The position numbers and the translations under genes are program-made. A DNA stretch of 40,000 nucleotides from Bifidobacterium breve. Its GTDB lineage: Bacteria; Actinomycetota; Actinomycetes; Nanopelagicales; Nanopelagicaceae. Numbering within the stretch: the first letter of the stretch is position 1; the number at the start of each line of letters is the position of its first letter. Below, piece by piece: positions 27,052-35,517 of this stretch. The notes beneath the pieces were generated by a model that was not told the DNA's origin, did no database searches, and saw only the letters and a list, made by a program, of their open reading frames with translations. The stretch covers positions 24,461 through 64,460 of the forward strand of contig CAMCVO010000008.1 of assembly GCA_945881945.1 (NCBI GenBank), in the 5' to 3' direction.

Positions 27052-27432
27052 TTGAGCAACGAATATATTGCAGGTAATTGCAATATTGGTAAGGGTGAAA
27101 TTAGAAGACGCCAAACAGTTGCACTCATTGGACTCTTTTTAATGTTTTTTTCAGCTTCAACAATTCTAGGAACGGAACAATCCAGGTCTGTTCGGTTGTC
27201 AATTTTTCTGCCGGCCATGATTTTTGCAATTGGCTTTATTCAAGCAAGAAAAAAGTTTTGCTTAGCTTATGGACTTGCTGGAACATTTAATTTTGGCAAA
27301 CTGGGCAGCATTACTAAAGTTCAAAGTGAGCAGGATAAAAAAGCAGATCGAAAAACTGCAATAAGTATTCTTTCTCAATCAGCTTTATTGGCTGCCGCAA
27401 TTACTTCAGTATTTTTTGCACTACCCTTATAA
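27052..27432 (+). CDS. small membrane protein, distantly YgaP-TM/DUF2892-like
   Basis: 'CNIGKGEIRRRQTVALIGLFLMFF' and 'FIQARKKFCLAYGLAG' resemble the NIG..DR..R / CP.Y..LG pattern of DUF2892. 3-4 helices. TTG start. Confidence 0.45.
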   Translation: MSNEYIAGNCNIGKGEIRRRQTVALIGLFLMFFSASTILGTEQSRSVRLSIFLPAMIFAIGFIQARKKFCLAYGLAGTFNFGKLGSITKVQSEQDKKADRKTAISILSQSALLAAAITSVFFALPL

Positions 27433-28215
27433 ATCTTCATAACTAGAGGGTAATTCACCGACATTTAAGAATTTCAAATACTGCTCTGTAATCACCTCTG
27501 GTTCACCTGAGGCCAACATACTTCCTTTGTGCATCCATATAGCATGGTCACATAGCTCATTAATCGAAGATAACGCATGGGAAACGATCAAAATTGTTCG
27601 AGCCTCTTCACATAGCTCTCTCATCCGATTAAAAGATTTTTCCTTAAAAGCTGCATCACCTGCAGATAATGCCTCATCTAATAACAATATATCCGGAGTC
27701 ATGTTTACTGCCACCGCAAATGCAACCCTGCTATACATTCCATTGCTATAGGTTCGTACCGGCATATCAATAAATCCCTCAGGTAAATCAGCAAAAGCTG
27801 CAATGGCATCTGTCTGGCTTTCAATTTCAGCCTTACTCATTCCGGCAGCAAGCCCACCTAAAATTATGTTGTCTCGACCAGATAAGGCTTTGTTAAAACC
27901 AACACCAAGAGCTAACAAAGTTGAAATTCTGCCATTGACTGTGATCTTCCCCGCCGTCGGCGGTAAAATCCCTGCAATGGATCGCATTAGCGTTGATTTA
28001 CCTGCACCATTTGCACCAACAATTCCAACTACTGAACCATGTTGAATATCAAGATTTAAATGCTTAACTGCTTCCACAGTTCTAGTTCTGACTCTCTCGC
28101 CTTTACTTGCACGCATTATTGCATTTTTTAATGTCTTTTTAGACTCAACATTAATTTTATAACTAATTGAAAGATCCTCAATTTTAATTGCCAAATTATC
28201 TGGCAAACTCTCCAT
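27427..28215 (-). CDS. ABC transporter ATP-binding protein, polysaccharide/polyol-phosphate exporter type (TagH/Wzt/RfbE-like)
   Basis: Walker A 'GANGAGKST', signature 'YSNGMYSRV', Walker B 'ILLLDEALS'. Start trimmed to ATG 28215 (MESLPDN...), 4 nt after the permease stop. Confidence 0.85.
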   Translation of the reverse strand: MESLPDNLAIKIEDLSISYKINVESKKTLKNAIMRASKGERVRTRTVEAVKHLNLDIQHGSVVGIVGANGAGKSTLMRSIAGILPPTAGKITVNGRISTLLALGVGFNKALSGRDNIILGGLAAGMSKAEIESQTDAIAAFADLPEGFIDMPVRTYSNGMYSRVAFAVAVNMTPDILLLDEALSAGDAAFKEKSFNRMRELCEEARTILIVSHALSSINELCDHAIWMHKGSMLASGEPEVITEQYLKFLNVGELPSSYEDL

Positions 28216-28219
28216 AGCC

Positions 28220-29092
28220 TTAGATGCGGACGGCAAAATCACGCTCCCTTGAGATAAAGAAATAAGCACCCATTGCAAAGGCAATCACTGCCCAAATCAA
28301 GCAACCGATTAATTGAGAAAGTGTTGGCATTAAGCCATCAATCCAAATTCTTGAGTTTGCCGAGAGTATTGGGCCCAGTGGATTTAGGTAGAGAAGTATT
28401 CTATACCAACCACTTAACATATCTGGTTGCCAAAGTACAGGCGAGGCATATAACCAAATCCTCATTATGTAAGAGAGTAGTTTTGTGGTGTCACGAAAGT
28501 ACACATTCATTGTTGCAAACAATAGAGATAATCCAAAACTAGTTATGACCAATAAAATAAACAAAAATGGCAGTACCAAGTGATTTAAACTTAGTCCTGG
28601 CAAAGTAGTGTCATTAAGAATTAATTTTCCAGCGATCACAATCAAAATATAGATTGGAATAGTTGGGAAAAACTGCCGAGCAGCACTTATTGCACTAGAT
28701 AGTGGCAAGAGTGCTCTAGGAAAGGCTTGATTTAGAATTAAGCTGCCACCTGATGTAATTGAGTGAGCACCAAGCAAAATGGTGTTCTGGGCGAAGTAAA
28801 AAGTGAACAACCCAATCAGAATGTGGCAAAGAGTGGTAAATCCACCACCTTGACCTCTACCGCCTTGAATAATTGTTACCAACAGATAATAAATTACCGC
28901 TAAAAACAAAGGGTTCAAAACCAACCAAACTTTACCGAGCTTGGAATCTAAGTATTCGGCTTTGTCAGAAAACTTAGAAAGTTCTGTTGCGAATTCCCGC
29001 CTTCTCCAGAATTCGCGAAAGTATGGCCGCATTGGCGGCAAAGATGAACTATGGGGTTCAAAAATCTGTACCTTGCTACTGGCCTCGATCAT
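28220..29092 (-). CDS. ABC-2-type exporter permease (TagG/Wzm/RfbD-like)
   Basis: 290 aa with six hydrophobic segments and an N-terminal cytoplasmic 'YFREFWRRREF' typical of Wzm/TagG. It sits directly upstream of its ATPase. Confidence 0.8.
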   Translation of the reverse strand: MIEASSKVQIFEPHSSSLPPMRPYFREFWRRREFATELSKFSDKAEYLDSKLGKVWLVLNPLFLAVIYYLLVTIIQGGRGQGGGFTTLCHILIGLFTFYFAQNTILLGAHSITSGGSLILNQAFPRALLPLSSAISAARQFFPTIPIYILIVIAGKLILNDTTLPGLSLNHLVLPFLFILLVITSFGLSLLFATMNVYFRDTTKLLSYIMRIWLYASPVLWQPDMLSGWYRILLYLNPLGPILSANSRIWIDGLMPTLSQLIGCLIWAVIAFAMGAYFFISRERDFAVRI

Positions 29093-29097
29093 AACGG

Positions 29098-29997
29098 TTA
29101 TTCTGCCACCTTTGTTTTGGAACTACGGATCAGACTTGCAACAGTAGTCACCAGTAAAGTACCAATAATTACCACTAGTGAGAATTGGGTTGAAATTTCT
29201 GGTAATTCAAGGCCAAATACATTATGGATATTGCTGCCATGCAATGCCTCTAAAACCAGTTTTATTCCAATAAATCCAAGAATTATTGATAGACCCTCGT
29301 TTAAATATATTAAGCGTCCCATCAGTCCACCTAGCAGAAAATAAATTTGACGCAATCCCATTAGCGCAAATGCATTTGCAGTGAAGACAATATATGGATC
29401 CTTTGTTAAACCAAAAATCGCAGGAATTGAATCTAACGCAAAGATTAAATCTGTAAAAGCAATCGCAATCAGCACTATTGTCAGAGGCGAGGCTCCTCTT
29501 TTTCTAAACCAAGTAATCAACCTCCCCTCCTTCCACTCTTTTTCCTTGTCCTCGGTGAAAAGTTTGTAAGCGGTAAAAATCAGGAAAGCACCAAAAATGT
29601 AAAAAACCCAAGAGTATCTATTGATAACCGCTGAACCAATTACTATAAAAATTCCTCGCAGGATTAGCGCCATTACAATTCCTGCCAAAAGGACTAATTG
29701 TTGCTTTTTCTTACTGATTTGAAATCGTGCAAGAATCAAAATAAATATGAATAGATTATCAACGGATAGTGAGTATTCAGTTATCCAGCCAGCAAAAAAT
29801 TCACCCCGGGCCTGGGTAGTGCTCCACTGACCAAGAGAAATACCAAAAATAATTGCAGCACTTACATAAAAAACAGTCCAAGCAGCAGCTTCCTTGATAG
29901 TGGTGTCTTTATTTCGCCTAACTATTGCAAGTGCTAAATCAAAGGCAAGTACAGCCAACAATCCTATGATAGTTAATTCCCAGACAGTTGAACTCAT
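29098..29997 (-). CDS. TerC-family integral membrane protein
   Basis: 299 aa with about 9 TM segments. TerC-like 'EYSLSVDNLFIF' and 'FALDSIPAIF' repeats (DN/DS motifs). GGGAGGG RBS. Confidence 0.85.
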   Translation of the reverse strand: MSSTVWELTIIGLLAVLAFDLALAIVRRNKDTTIKEAAAWTVFYVSAAIIFGISLGQWSTTQARGEFFAGWITEYSLSVDNLFIFILILARFQISKKKQQLVLLAGIVMALILRGIFIVIGSAVINRYSWVFYIFGAFLIFTAYKLFTEDKEKEWKEGRLITWFRKRGASPLTIVLIAIAFTDLIFALDSIPAIFGLTKDPYIVFTANAFALMGLRQIYFLLGGLMGRLIYLNEGLSIILGFIGIKLVLEALHGSNIHNVFGLELPEISTQFSLVVIIGTLLVTTVASLIRSSKTKVAE

Positions 29998-30189
29998 ATA
30001 AATTAATACCCTCCCAGGATTAGAACACCATTTAACACGGTTGCTTGTTTAATGCTGCTTATTACTCTCTGCGAATCAGCCTCAGTTTTCTATCCTGAAA
30101 CCCTCTTCCTAGCCAATTCTAGGTCCTTTAACAAGTAATTAAAGCACATTTATTAATCATGTTAACTAGTAATTTTAGGATTTATGCGC

Positions 30190-30207
30190 AGAACAAGGGC
30201 TTGTTCT
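30190..30207. promoter_or_regulatory. perfect 8-nt-arm inverted repeat (candidate operator or hairpin)
   Basis: AGAACAAG-GG-CTTGTTCT sits in the 530-bp AT-rich divergent spacer, just downstream (minus strand) of a TTGACA hexamer. Confidence 0.35.
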
Positions 30208-30529
30208 AAATTTATGTCAAAGTAAGAAGTATAAACTACCAGTTTTTCAATCTAATACTGGTAAGGGTGTGCAGATATATGAACACGATTCGTCCCAAGA
30301 TTAAGATCGTTAATATGTTTTAACTTATAGAAATATATTAAATTATTTTTGTTAGCGATTTTTGATATTGAATTTTAATGATAAATAATTAAATTAGTGG
30401 TCAATAAATTTCAAAGATTTACGCATGAATTTATCGTAGTTGCTTAAAAATTTAACTCTGCTAAACTACGTCAGTAAGATAACTTTTGATTAGGAGAGTG
30501 CACGCCAAACTTCGGTCTATTAGGACCCT

Positions 30530-31942
30530 TTGACAGTACAAACCCGCATGAAAACACAAACGCACCACAACCAAACCTTTCGTTCAGTTCCAGCGCATTC
30601 AAAGCCATTAGATAAAACTCGCCTTGAAAAGTTGTTTCAACAACAAATAGATTTATATAAATCAAATCTTCGTAGCTCAAGCTCTGAGTACTTAACTGCA
30701 CTTAAAACTATTCCGCTAGGGGCGCACTCAACCTTTCAATCATTTGATCCATATCCAATCTCAATCAAATCAGCCAAAGGTGCCTGGATGGTTGATGTGG
30801 ATGGTCGAAAGATGCTAGATCTATCCATGGGCTTTGGCTCAATGTTGGTTGGTCACTTAAATCCTGAGGTAATGGCCGAGCTTAAAAGCACATTAGATGT
30901 TGGCACCTTGTACACCGCACCATCTCCTGACTCTCGAGATGCTGCTGAGCGATTGTGCCGTCGATTTGGAATTGATCAGATCAGATTTACTAACTCAGGC
31001 ACTGAATCAACGATGTATGCGGTAAGAACTGCCCGGGCTTATACCGGTAAAGAGGGCGTAGTAAAGGTGGAAGGTGGCTACCACGGAAGTGGGGATGCGC
31101 TATTGGTTTCTAATAAACCACCACTAGATAAAGCAGGACCAGCAGATGCTCCAGTCCCAGTAATTGGCAATGCGGTAGTTCCAGGTTTGTCATATGTGGT
31201 TCCATACAACAATATTGAAGCACTTGAAGCGGTATTCCAGAAACACTCTGACAAAATTGCCTGCTTTATTGTGGAACCTGTTTTGGAAAATGTTGGAATT
31301 ATTTTGCCAGATGAGGGTTACTTAGAATCAGTGCGAGCCCTCTGTGATGAGTACAAGATTGTTTTAATTTTTGATGAGGTTAAGACTGGTTTAACCGCTG
31401 GCCCACAAGGTGCTGCCCAACGTCTTGGCGTAATCCCAGATTTAATTTGTTTAGCAAAATCAATTGGTGGTGGAATTCCACTTGCAGCATTTGGTGGAAA
31501 AACAGAGTTTATGAAACCAGTAACTGATGGCCGAATGCCACACCTTGGTACATTTAATGGACATATTTTGGCAATGGCAGCGGTTAGAGCAGTAGATAAG
31601 CTTTGTACACCAGCAGCTCTTGAAAAGGCTGAGTCTTTAAATATTCAAGCATTAACTAGAATCCGTGAAATTATCGATGAGTATGAATTACCAGCACACA
31701 CTGTTGGTTTTGGCGTGAAGGGTTGTATAACCTGGTCTGATCGACCAGTTAGAAATTATCGCGATTACAAAGCAACAGATTTCCAAATTGCTGAGCTTTC
31801 ATTTATCTGGTCACTAAATCATGGAATTATGACGCCACCAGGATTAGATGAGCAGTGGTTGATCTCCCTTGCCCATGGTCAGGCTGAGGTTGATTTTATG
31901 GTTAATGACTTTAAGGAATTTGCTAAAACTCTTCGCAGCTAA
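30530..31942 (+). CDS. class III (GSA-aminomutase-like) PLP aminotransferase, specificity unknown
   Basis: 'FTNSGTESTMYA', 'FDEVKTGL', PLP-Lys 'CLAKSIGGG'. Start is TTG 30530 or, more likely, ATG 30548. No obvious RBS. Confidence 0.8.
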   Translation: MTVQTRMKTQTHHNQTFRSVPAHSKPLDKTRLEKLFQQQIDLYKSNLRSSSSEYLTALKTIPLGAHSTFQSFDPYPISIKSAKGAWMVDVDGRKMLDLSMGFGSMLVGHLNPEVMAELKSTLDVGTLYTAPSPDSRDAAERLCRRFGIDQIRFTNSGTESTMYAVRTARAYTGKEGVVKVEGGYHGSGDALLVSNKPPLDKAGPADAPVPVIGNAVVPGLSYVVPYNNIEALEAVFQKHSDKIACFIVEPVLENVGIILPDEGYLESVRALCDEYKIVLIFDEVKTGLTAGPQGAAQRLGVIPDLICLAKSIGGGIPLAAFGGKTEFMKPVTDGRMPHLGTFNGHILAMAAVRAVDKLCTPAALEKAESLNIQALTRIREIIDEYELPAHTVGFGVKGCITWSDRPVRNYRDYKATDFQIAELSFIWSLNHGIMTPPGLDEQWLISLAHGQAEVDFMVNDFKEFAKTLRS

Positions 31943-31943
31943 C

Positions 31944-33428
31944 TTAGGTATTTTGTGGGAAACCTAAATTAATTCCACCATGGCTTGGATCTAACCAGCG
32001 ACTAGTAACAACCTTGCCGCGGGTAAAGAAGTGAACCCCTTCAGTTCCATGCGCATGTGAATCACCAAATAATGAGTTCTTCCAACCACCAAATGAGAAG
32101 TAAGCCATTGGCACTGGAATCGGCACATTGATACCAACCATGCCAACCTCAACCTCATTTTGGAAGCGTCTTGCAGCGCCACCATCATTGGTGAAGATGG
32201 CAGTGCCATTTCCATATTGATGATTGTTGACCAGCTTTAATGCCTCGTCATAGCTTTTAACTCTAATAACGCTAAGTACTGGTCCAAATATCTCTTCCTG
32301 ATAGATGCTCATACTTGGCTTAACCTGATCAAATAAGGTTGGCCCAAGCCAAAATCCTTCGCCATCAACCTCAACTTTTCGGCCATCAAAAACAATCTTG
32401 GCACCCTCTTTTTCACCAGCTGCGATGTAAGAGGCGACCTTGTCTCGGTGCACCTTGGTCACAAGTGGGCCCATGTCAGCACCCTTTGTGCCATCACCAG
32501 TTTTAATCTTATTTGCTCGTTGAGTTATCTTCTCAATTAATTTGTCTGCAATTGGCTCCACCGCAACAATTGCTGAGATCGCCATACATCTTTCACCTGC
32601 TGAGCCAAAACCGGCATTAATTGCCGCATCTGCAGCTAACTCTAAATCAGCATCTGGCAGAACAATCATGTGGTTTTTCGCGCCACCCAATGCCTGCACT
32701 CGCTTGCCAGCTTTTGTGCCAGTCTCATACACATACTTTGCAATTGGAGTTGAGCCAACAAATGAAACTGATTTAATCCCAGGATGTGTCAGCAATGCAT
32801 CAACTGCGACCTTATCGCCGTGAACTACGTTAAAGACACCATCTGGTAATCCGGCATCTTTGAGTAATTGGGCAACAAACATAATTGCACTTGGATCTTT
32901 CTCACTTGGCTTAACAATTACTGTGTTGCCGCATGCGATTGCAATTGGGAAAAACCACATCGGCACCATGGCTGGAAAATTAAATGGCGAAATCACCGCT
33001 ACCGGTCCTAGCGGCTGACGAATTGAGTAAACATCTACACCAGTTGAAACCTCTTCAGAAAATCCGCCCTTGAGTAGATGGGGGATGCCACAGGCAAACT
33101 CAACTACCTCAAGTCCACGTGTTACCTCACCAAAGGCATCACTTAATACTTTGCCATGTTCCTTGGTAATTAAGGCAGCTATTTGCTCTTTATTTTGATT
33201 TACTAATTCACGAAATGCAAAGAGCACCTGGGTGCGCTTAGTCAGTGAGCTATGGCGCCAAGTTTCAAAAGCTTTTGTAGCCACATCTACAGCAGCATCA
33301 ATAGTTGCAGTTGTTGCAAAATTTACCTTGGCACTTACTTGACCGGTTGCCGGGTTATAGACATCACCAGTGCGCTCTGATTTTTCAGTTGAAAGTTGGT
33401 TATTGATCCAATGTGAAATAGTTTCCAT
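31944..33428 (-). CDS. mmsA: CoA-acylating methylmalonate/malonate-semialdehyde dehydrogenase
   Basis: 'FNFPAMVPMWFFPIAIACGNTVIVKPSEKDP' and catalytic Cys 'GERCMA'. It lacks the conserved Glu of the ELGG motif ('ALGGAKN'), as is typical of MmsA. Confidence 0.88.
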   Translation of the reverse strand: METISHWINNQLSTEKSERTGDVYNPATGQVSAKVNFATTATIDAAVDVATKAFETWRHSSLTKRTQVLFAFRELVNQNKEQIAALITKEHGKVLSDAFGEVTRGLEVVEFACGIPHLLKGGFSEEVSTGVDVYSIRQPLGPVAVISPFNFPAMVPMWFFPIAIACGNTVIVKPSEKDPSAIMFVAQLLKDAGLPDGVFNVVHGDKVAVDALLTHPGIKSVSFVGSTPIAKYVYETGTKAGKRVQALGGAKNHMIVLPDADLELAADAAINAGFGSAGERCMAISAIVAVEPIADKLIEKITQRANKIKTGDGTKGADMGPLVTKVHRDKVASYIAAGEKEGAKIVFDGRKVEVDGEGFWLGPTLFDQVKPSMSIYQEEIFGPVLSVIRVKSYDEALKLVNNHQYGNGTAIFTNDGGAARRFQNEVEVGMVGINVPIPVPMAYFSFGGWKNSLFGDSHAHGTEGVHFFTRGKVVTSRWLDPSHGGINLGFPQNT

Positions 33429-33471
33429 ATCCCAACCTTACCTCAAAGAATTTACCGCCATGAAATTACCC

Positions 33472-33496
33472 CTTCCTACCAAAAAACCATAGGAAG
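33472..33496. promoter_or_regulatory. 7-bp inverted repeat in the mmsA/aminotransferase divergent spacer (candidate operator)
   Basis: CTTCCTA-N11-TAGGAAG, centred between the two divergent start codons (33428 and 33543). Confidence 0.25.
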
Positions 33497-33542
33497 TGAT
33501 TAGATTGGGGCATCAAGTCAGGCCAACAAACCAGGGAGCAAA

Positions 33543-34880
33543 GTGAGTACCCCAGAGAACAACCCAGATAAGGCAGCAAAGGTTTTTGCTGATGACCGTG
33601 CATATGTTTTCCACTCTTGGTCAGCACAGGGGCAGATCACACCAATGACAGTTGCCGGCGGTGCCGGTTCATACTTTTGGGATTTCAATGGCAAGAAGTA
33701 CTTAGATTTTTCATGTCAACTAGTTTTTACAAATATTGGCCATCAGCATCCAAAGGTAATTGCAGCGATCAAAGAGCAAGCTGATGTGCTTGCAACTGTG
33801 GCACCACAACATGCCAATGAGGCAAGAAATGAAGCAGCAAAGCGCATCACTGGCGTAGCAGGTGATAGCTTTAAAAAAGTTTTCTTTACAAATGGTGGCG
33901 CAGATGGCATAGAGAATGCGATCCGAATGGCCAGGCTTCACACTAACAAACACAAGGTTTTATCTACCTATCGTTCTTATCATGGCAATACTGGCTCTGC
34001 GATTAATGCAACAGGTGATCCAAGAAGATTTCCAAATGAGTTTGGTTATGGACATGTGCACTTTTGGGGTCCATATCTTTATCGCACCGCTTTTTGGGCC
34101 ACAAATCAGGAAGAGGAGTGCCAGCGAGCACTTGAGCATTTAGAGCAAACAATTATTTTTGAAGGTCCAAAGACAATTGCGGCAATCGTAATTGAGTCAG
34201 TCCCAGGAACAGCTGGTGTGTTAGTACCACCTGCAGGATATCTAGATGGCTTGCGAGCACTTTGTGACAAGTATGAAATTCTTTGGATTGCAGATGAGGT
34301 TATGTCTGGCTTTGGTAGAACTGGTAAATGGTTTGGCTTCCAGCACTCTAAATCAACTCCTGATCTAATTGTCTTTGCCAAGGGTGTTACCTCAGGTTAT
34401 GTGCCACTTGGTGGGGTAATAATTCCAGAAAAAATTGCGAAGACATTTGATGAGCGAGTATTTCCAGGTGGACTCACCTATTCAGGCCACCCACTTGCTT
34501 GTGCTACTGCAGTTGCAACTATTGATGTAATGAAAAGTGAGAAGATGGTAGAAAATGCTGCCAGTATTGGTGAGAAAATCCTTGGGCCTGGATTAAATGA
34601 GTTAGCGAAAAAACATCAAGTAATTGGCGATATTAGAGGCGCAGGTGTTTTCTGGGGAGTAGATATGGTCACAGATAGAAAAACACGTGAACCACTTGCG
34701 CCATATGGTGCATCTAGTCCAAAGATGAATGAGATTGTGGCAACTTGCAAGAAAAATGGTTTGATGCCATTTAATAACTTCAACCGAATTCACATGGTGC
34801 CACCATGCAATATCTCTGAAAGTGATGCCAAGTTAGGCTTAGAGTTACTATCTAAGTCACTAACTGAGATCGGTCTCTAG
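33543..34880 (+). CDS. class III omega-aminotransferase (beta-alanine/omega-amino-acid:pyruvate type)
   Basis: 'FTNGGADGIENA', 'ADEVMSGFGRTG', PLP-Lys 'FAKGVTSGY'. Divergent from mmsA, like bauA/bauC-type loci. AGGGAG RBS with a GTG start. Confidence 0.8.
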   Translation: MSTPENNPDKAAKVFADDRAYVFHSWSAQGQITPMTVAGGAGSYFWDFNGKKYLDFSCQLVFTNIGHQHPKVIAAIKEQADVLATVAPQHANEARNEAAKRITGVAGDSFKKVFFTNGGADGIENAIRMARLHTNKHKVLSTYRSYHGNTGSAINATGDPRRFPNEFGYGHVHFWGPYLYRTAFWATNQEEECQRALEHLEQTIIFEGPKTIAAIVIESVPGTAGVLVPPAGYLDGLRALCDKYEILWIADEVMSGFGRTGKWFGFQHSKSTPDLIVFAKGVTSGYVPLGGVIIPEKIAKTFDERVFPGGLTYSGHPLACATAVATIDVMKSEKMVENAASIGEKILGPGLNELAKKHQVIGDIRGAGVFWGVDMVTDRKTREPLAPYGASSPKMNEIVATCKKNGLMPFNNFNRIHMVPPCNISESDAKLGLELLSKSLTEIGL

Positions 34881-34980
34881 CAGTAAGTAGATTTACCGCT
34901 AGTAATCCACAATTTTTATCTTTTATGCATTACTAACACTTTTTTCTTTATAGTTTCCAAACACAAACTTTTGGAGCTAT

Positions 34981-35193
34981 ATGAATCTAACAATGCAAAT
35001 AATTCGAGTAAATCTCCTCTTAAAATCTAAGGCCACAGCTTTTGTTAAGAGCGACAGTCGTGGAGATGTGCCTGGCTGGGTATTAGTAGTACTTATGACC
35101 ACTGCTTTGGTTACTGGCATCTGGTCAATCGCTGCGCCAAAACTAACCACAATCTTGCGCAACTCATTGGATGCAATGGGCGGTATCAGGTAG
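34981..35193 (+). CDS. Flp-like small pilin/pseudopilin (non-canonical leader junction)
   Basis: 70 aa with a basic leader, then 'RGDVPGWVLVVLMTTALVTGIWSIAAP' (Gly followed by a hydrophobic helix). GGAG RBS. First gene of a TadE-like cluster. Confidence 0.55.
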   Translation: MNLTMQIIRVNLLLKSKATAFVKSDSRGDVPGWVLVVLMTTALVTGIWSIAAPKLTTILRNSLDAMGGIR

Positions 35194-35517
35194 TTGCGCA
35201 AGCTATTACTTGCCCAGCACCGCGGATCAGTTGAATCACTACTAACCATACTCCCGCAAGTTTTTGTATTTTTAGTTATGTTTCAACTGATCTTTATGCA
35301 ATTCAATGTCATGCGTTCAACTAACTTAAATCAAGGAGAGTTGGCAACCACAGCAATTACTGGCTCAGGTGATAACTATGTGAGATACCCACTTATTGGT
35401 GGCGGCTCTGTCTTGGTCATTGAAGATAAGAGTCATATTGAGAAGTTTATTGATTTTGGCAATCTTTCAGGTAAGAAAATATTGGCAATTGCAGTAGATG
35501 AAGACTCTGCCAATTAA
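35194..35517 (+). CDS. TadE-like minor pilin
   Basis: 'HRGSVESLLTILPQVFVFLVMFQLIF' fits the TadE N-terminal pattern (G-S..E plus helix). The TTG start abuts the previous stop. Confidence 0.5.
   Translation: MRKLLLAQHRGSVESLLTILPQVFVFLVMFQLIFMQFNVMRSTNLNQGELATTAITGSGDNYVRYPLIGGGSVLVIEDKSHIEKFIDFGNLSGKKILAIAVDEDSAN

Noticed and set aside
30280-30533. Tiny ORFs in the AT-rich spacer: 13 codons at 30280 (MNTIRPKIKIVNMF), 16 codons at 30159, and a GTG 30498 uORF beside an AGGAGA.
   Set aside because: These are very short. The apparent RBS for the GTG uORF is only 1 nt from the start codon, and nothing else supports coding. They are mentioned only as part of the spacer finding.
30471-30701. 76-aa minus-strand ORF spanning the start of the aminotransferase gene, a possible divergent small gene in the AT-rich spacer.
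   Set aside because: It overlaps the well-supported aminotransferase N-terminus, has no RBS, and has an unremarkable composition. It is most likely spurious.
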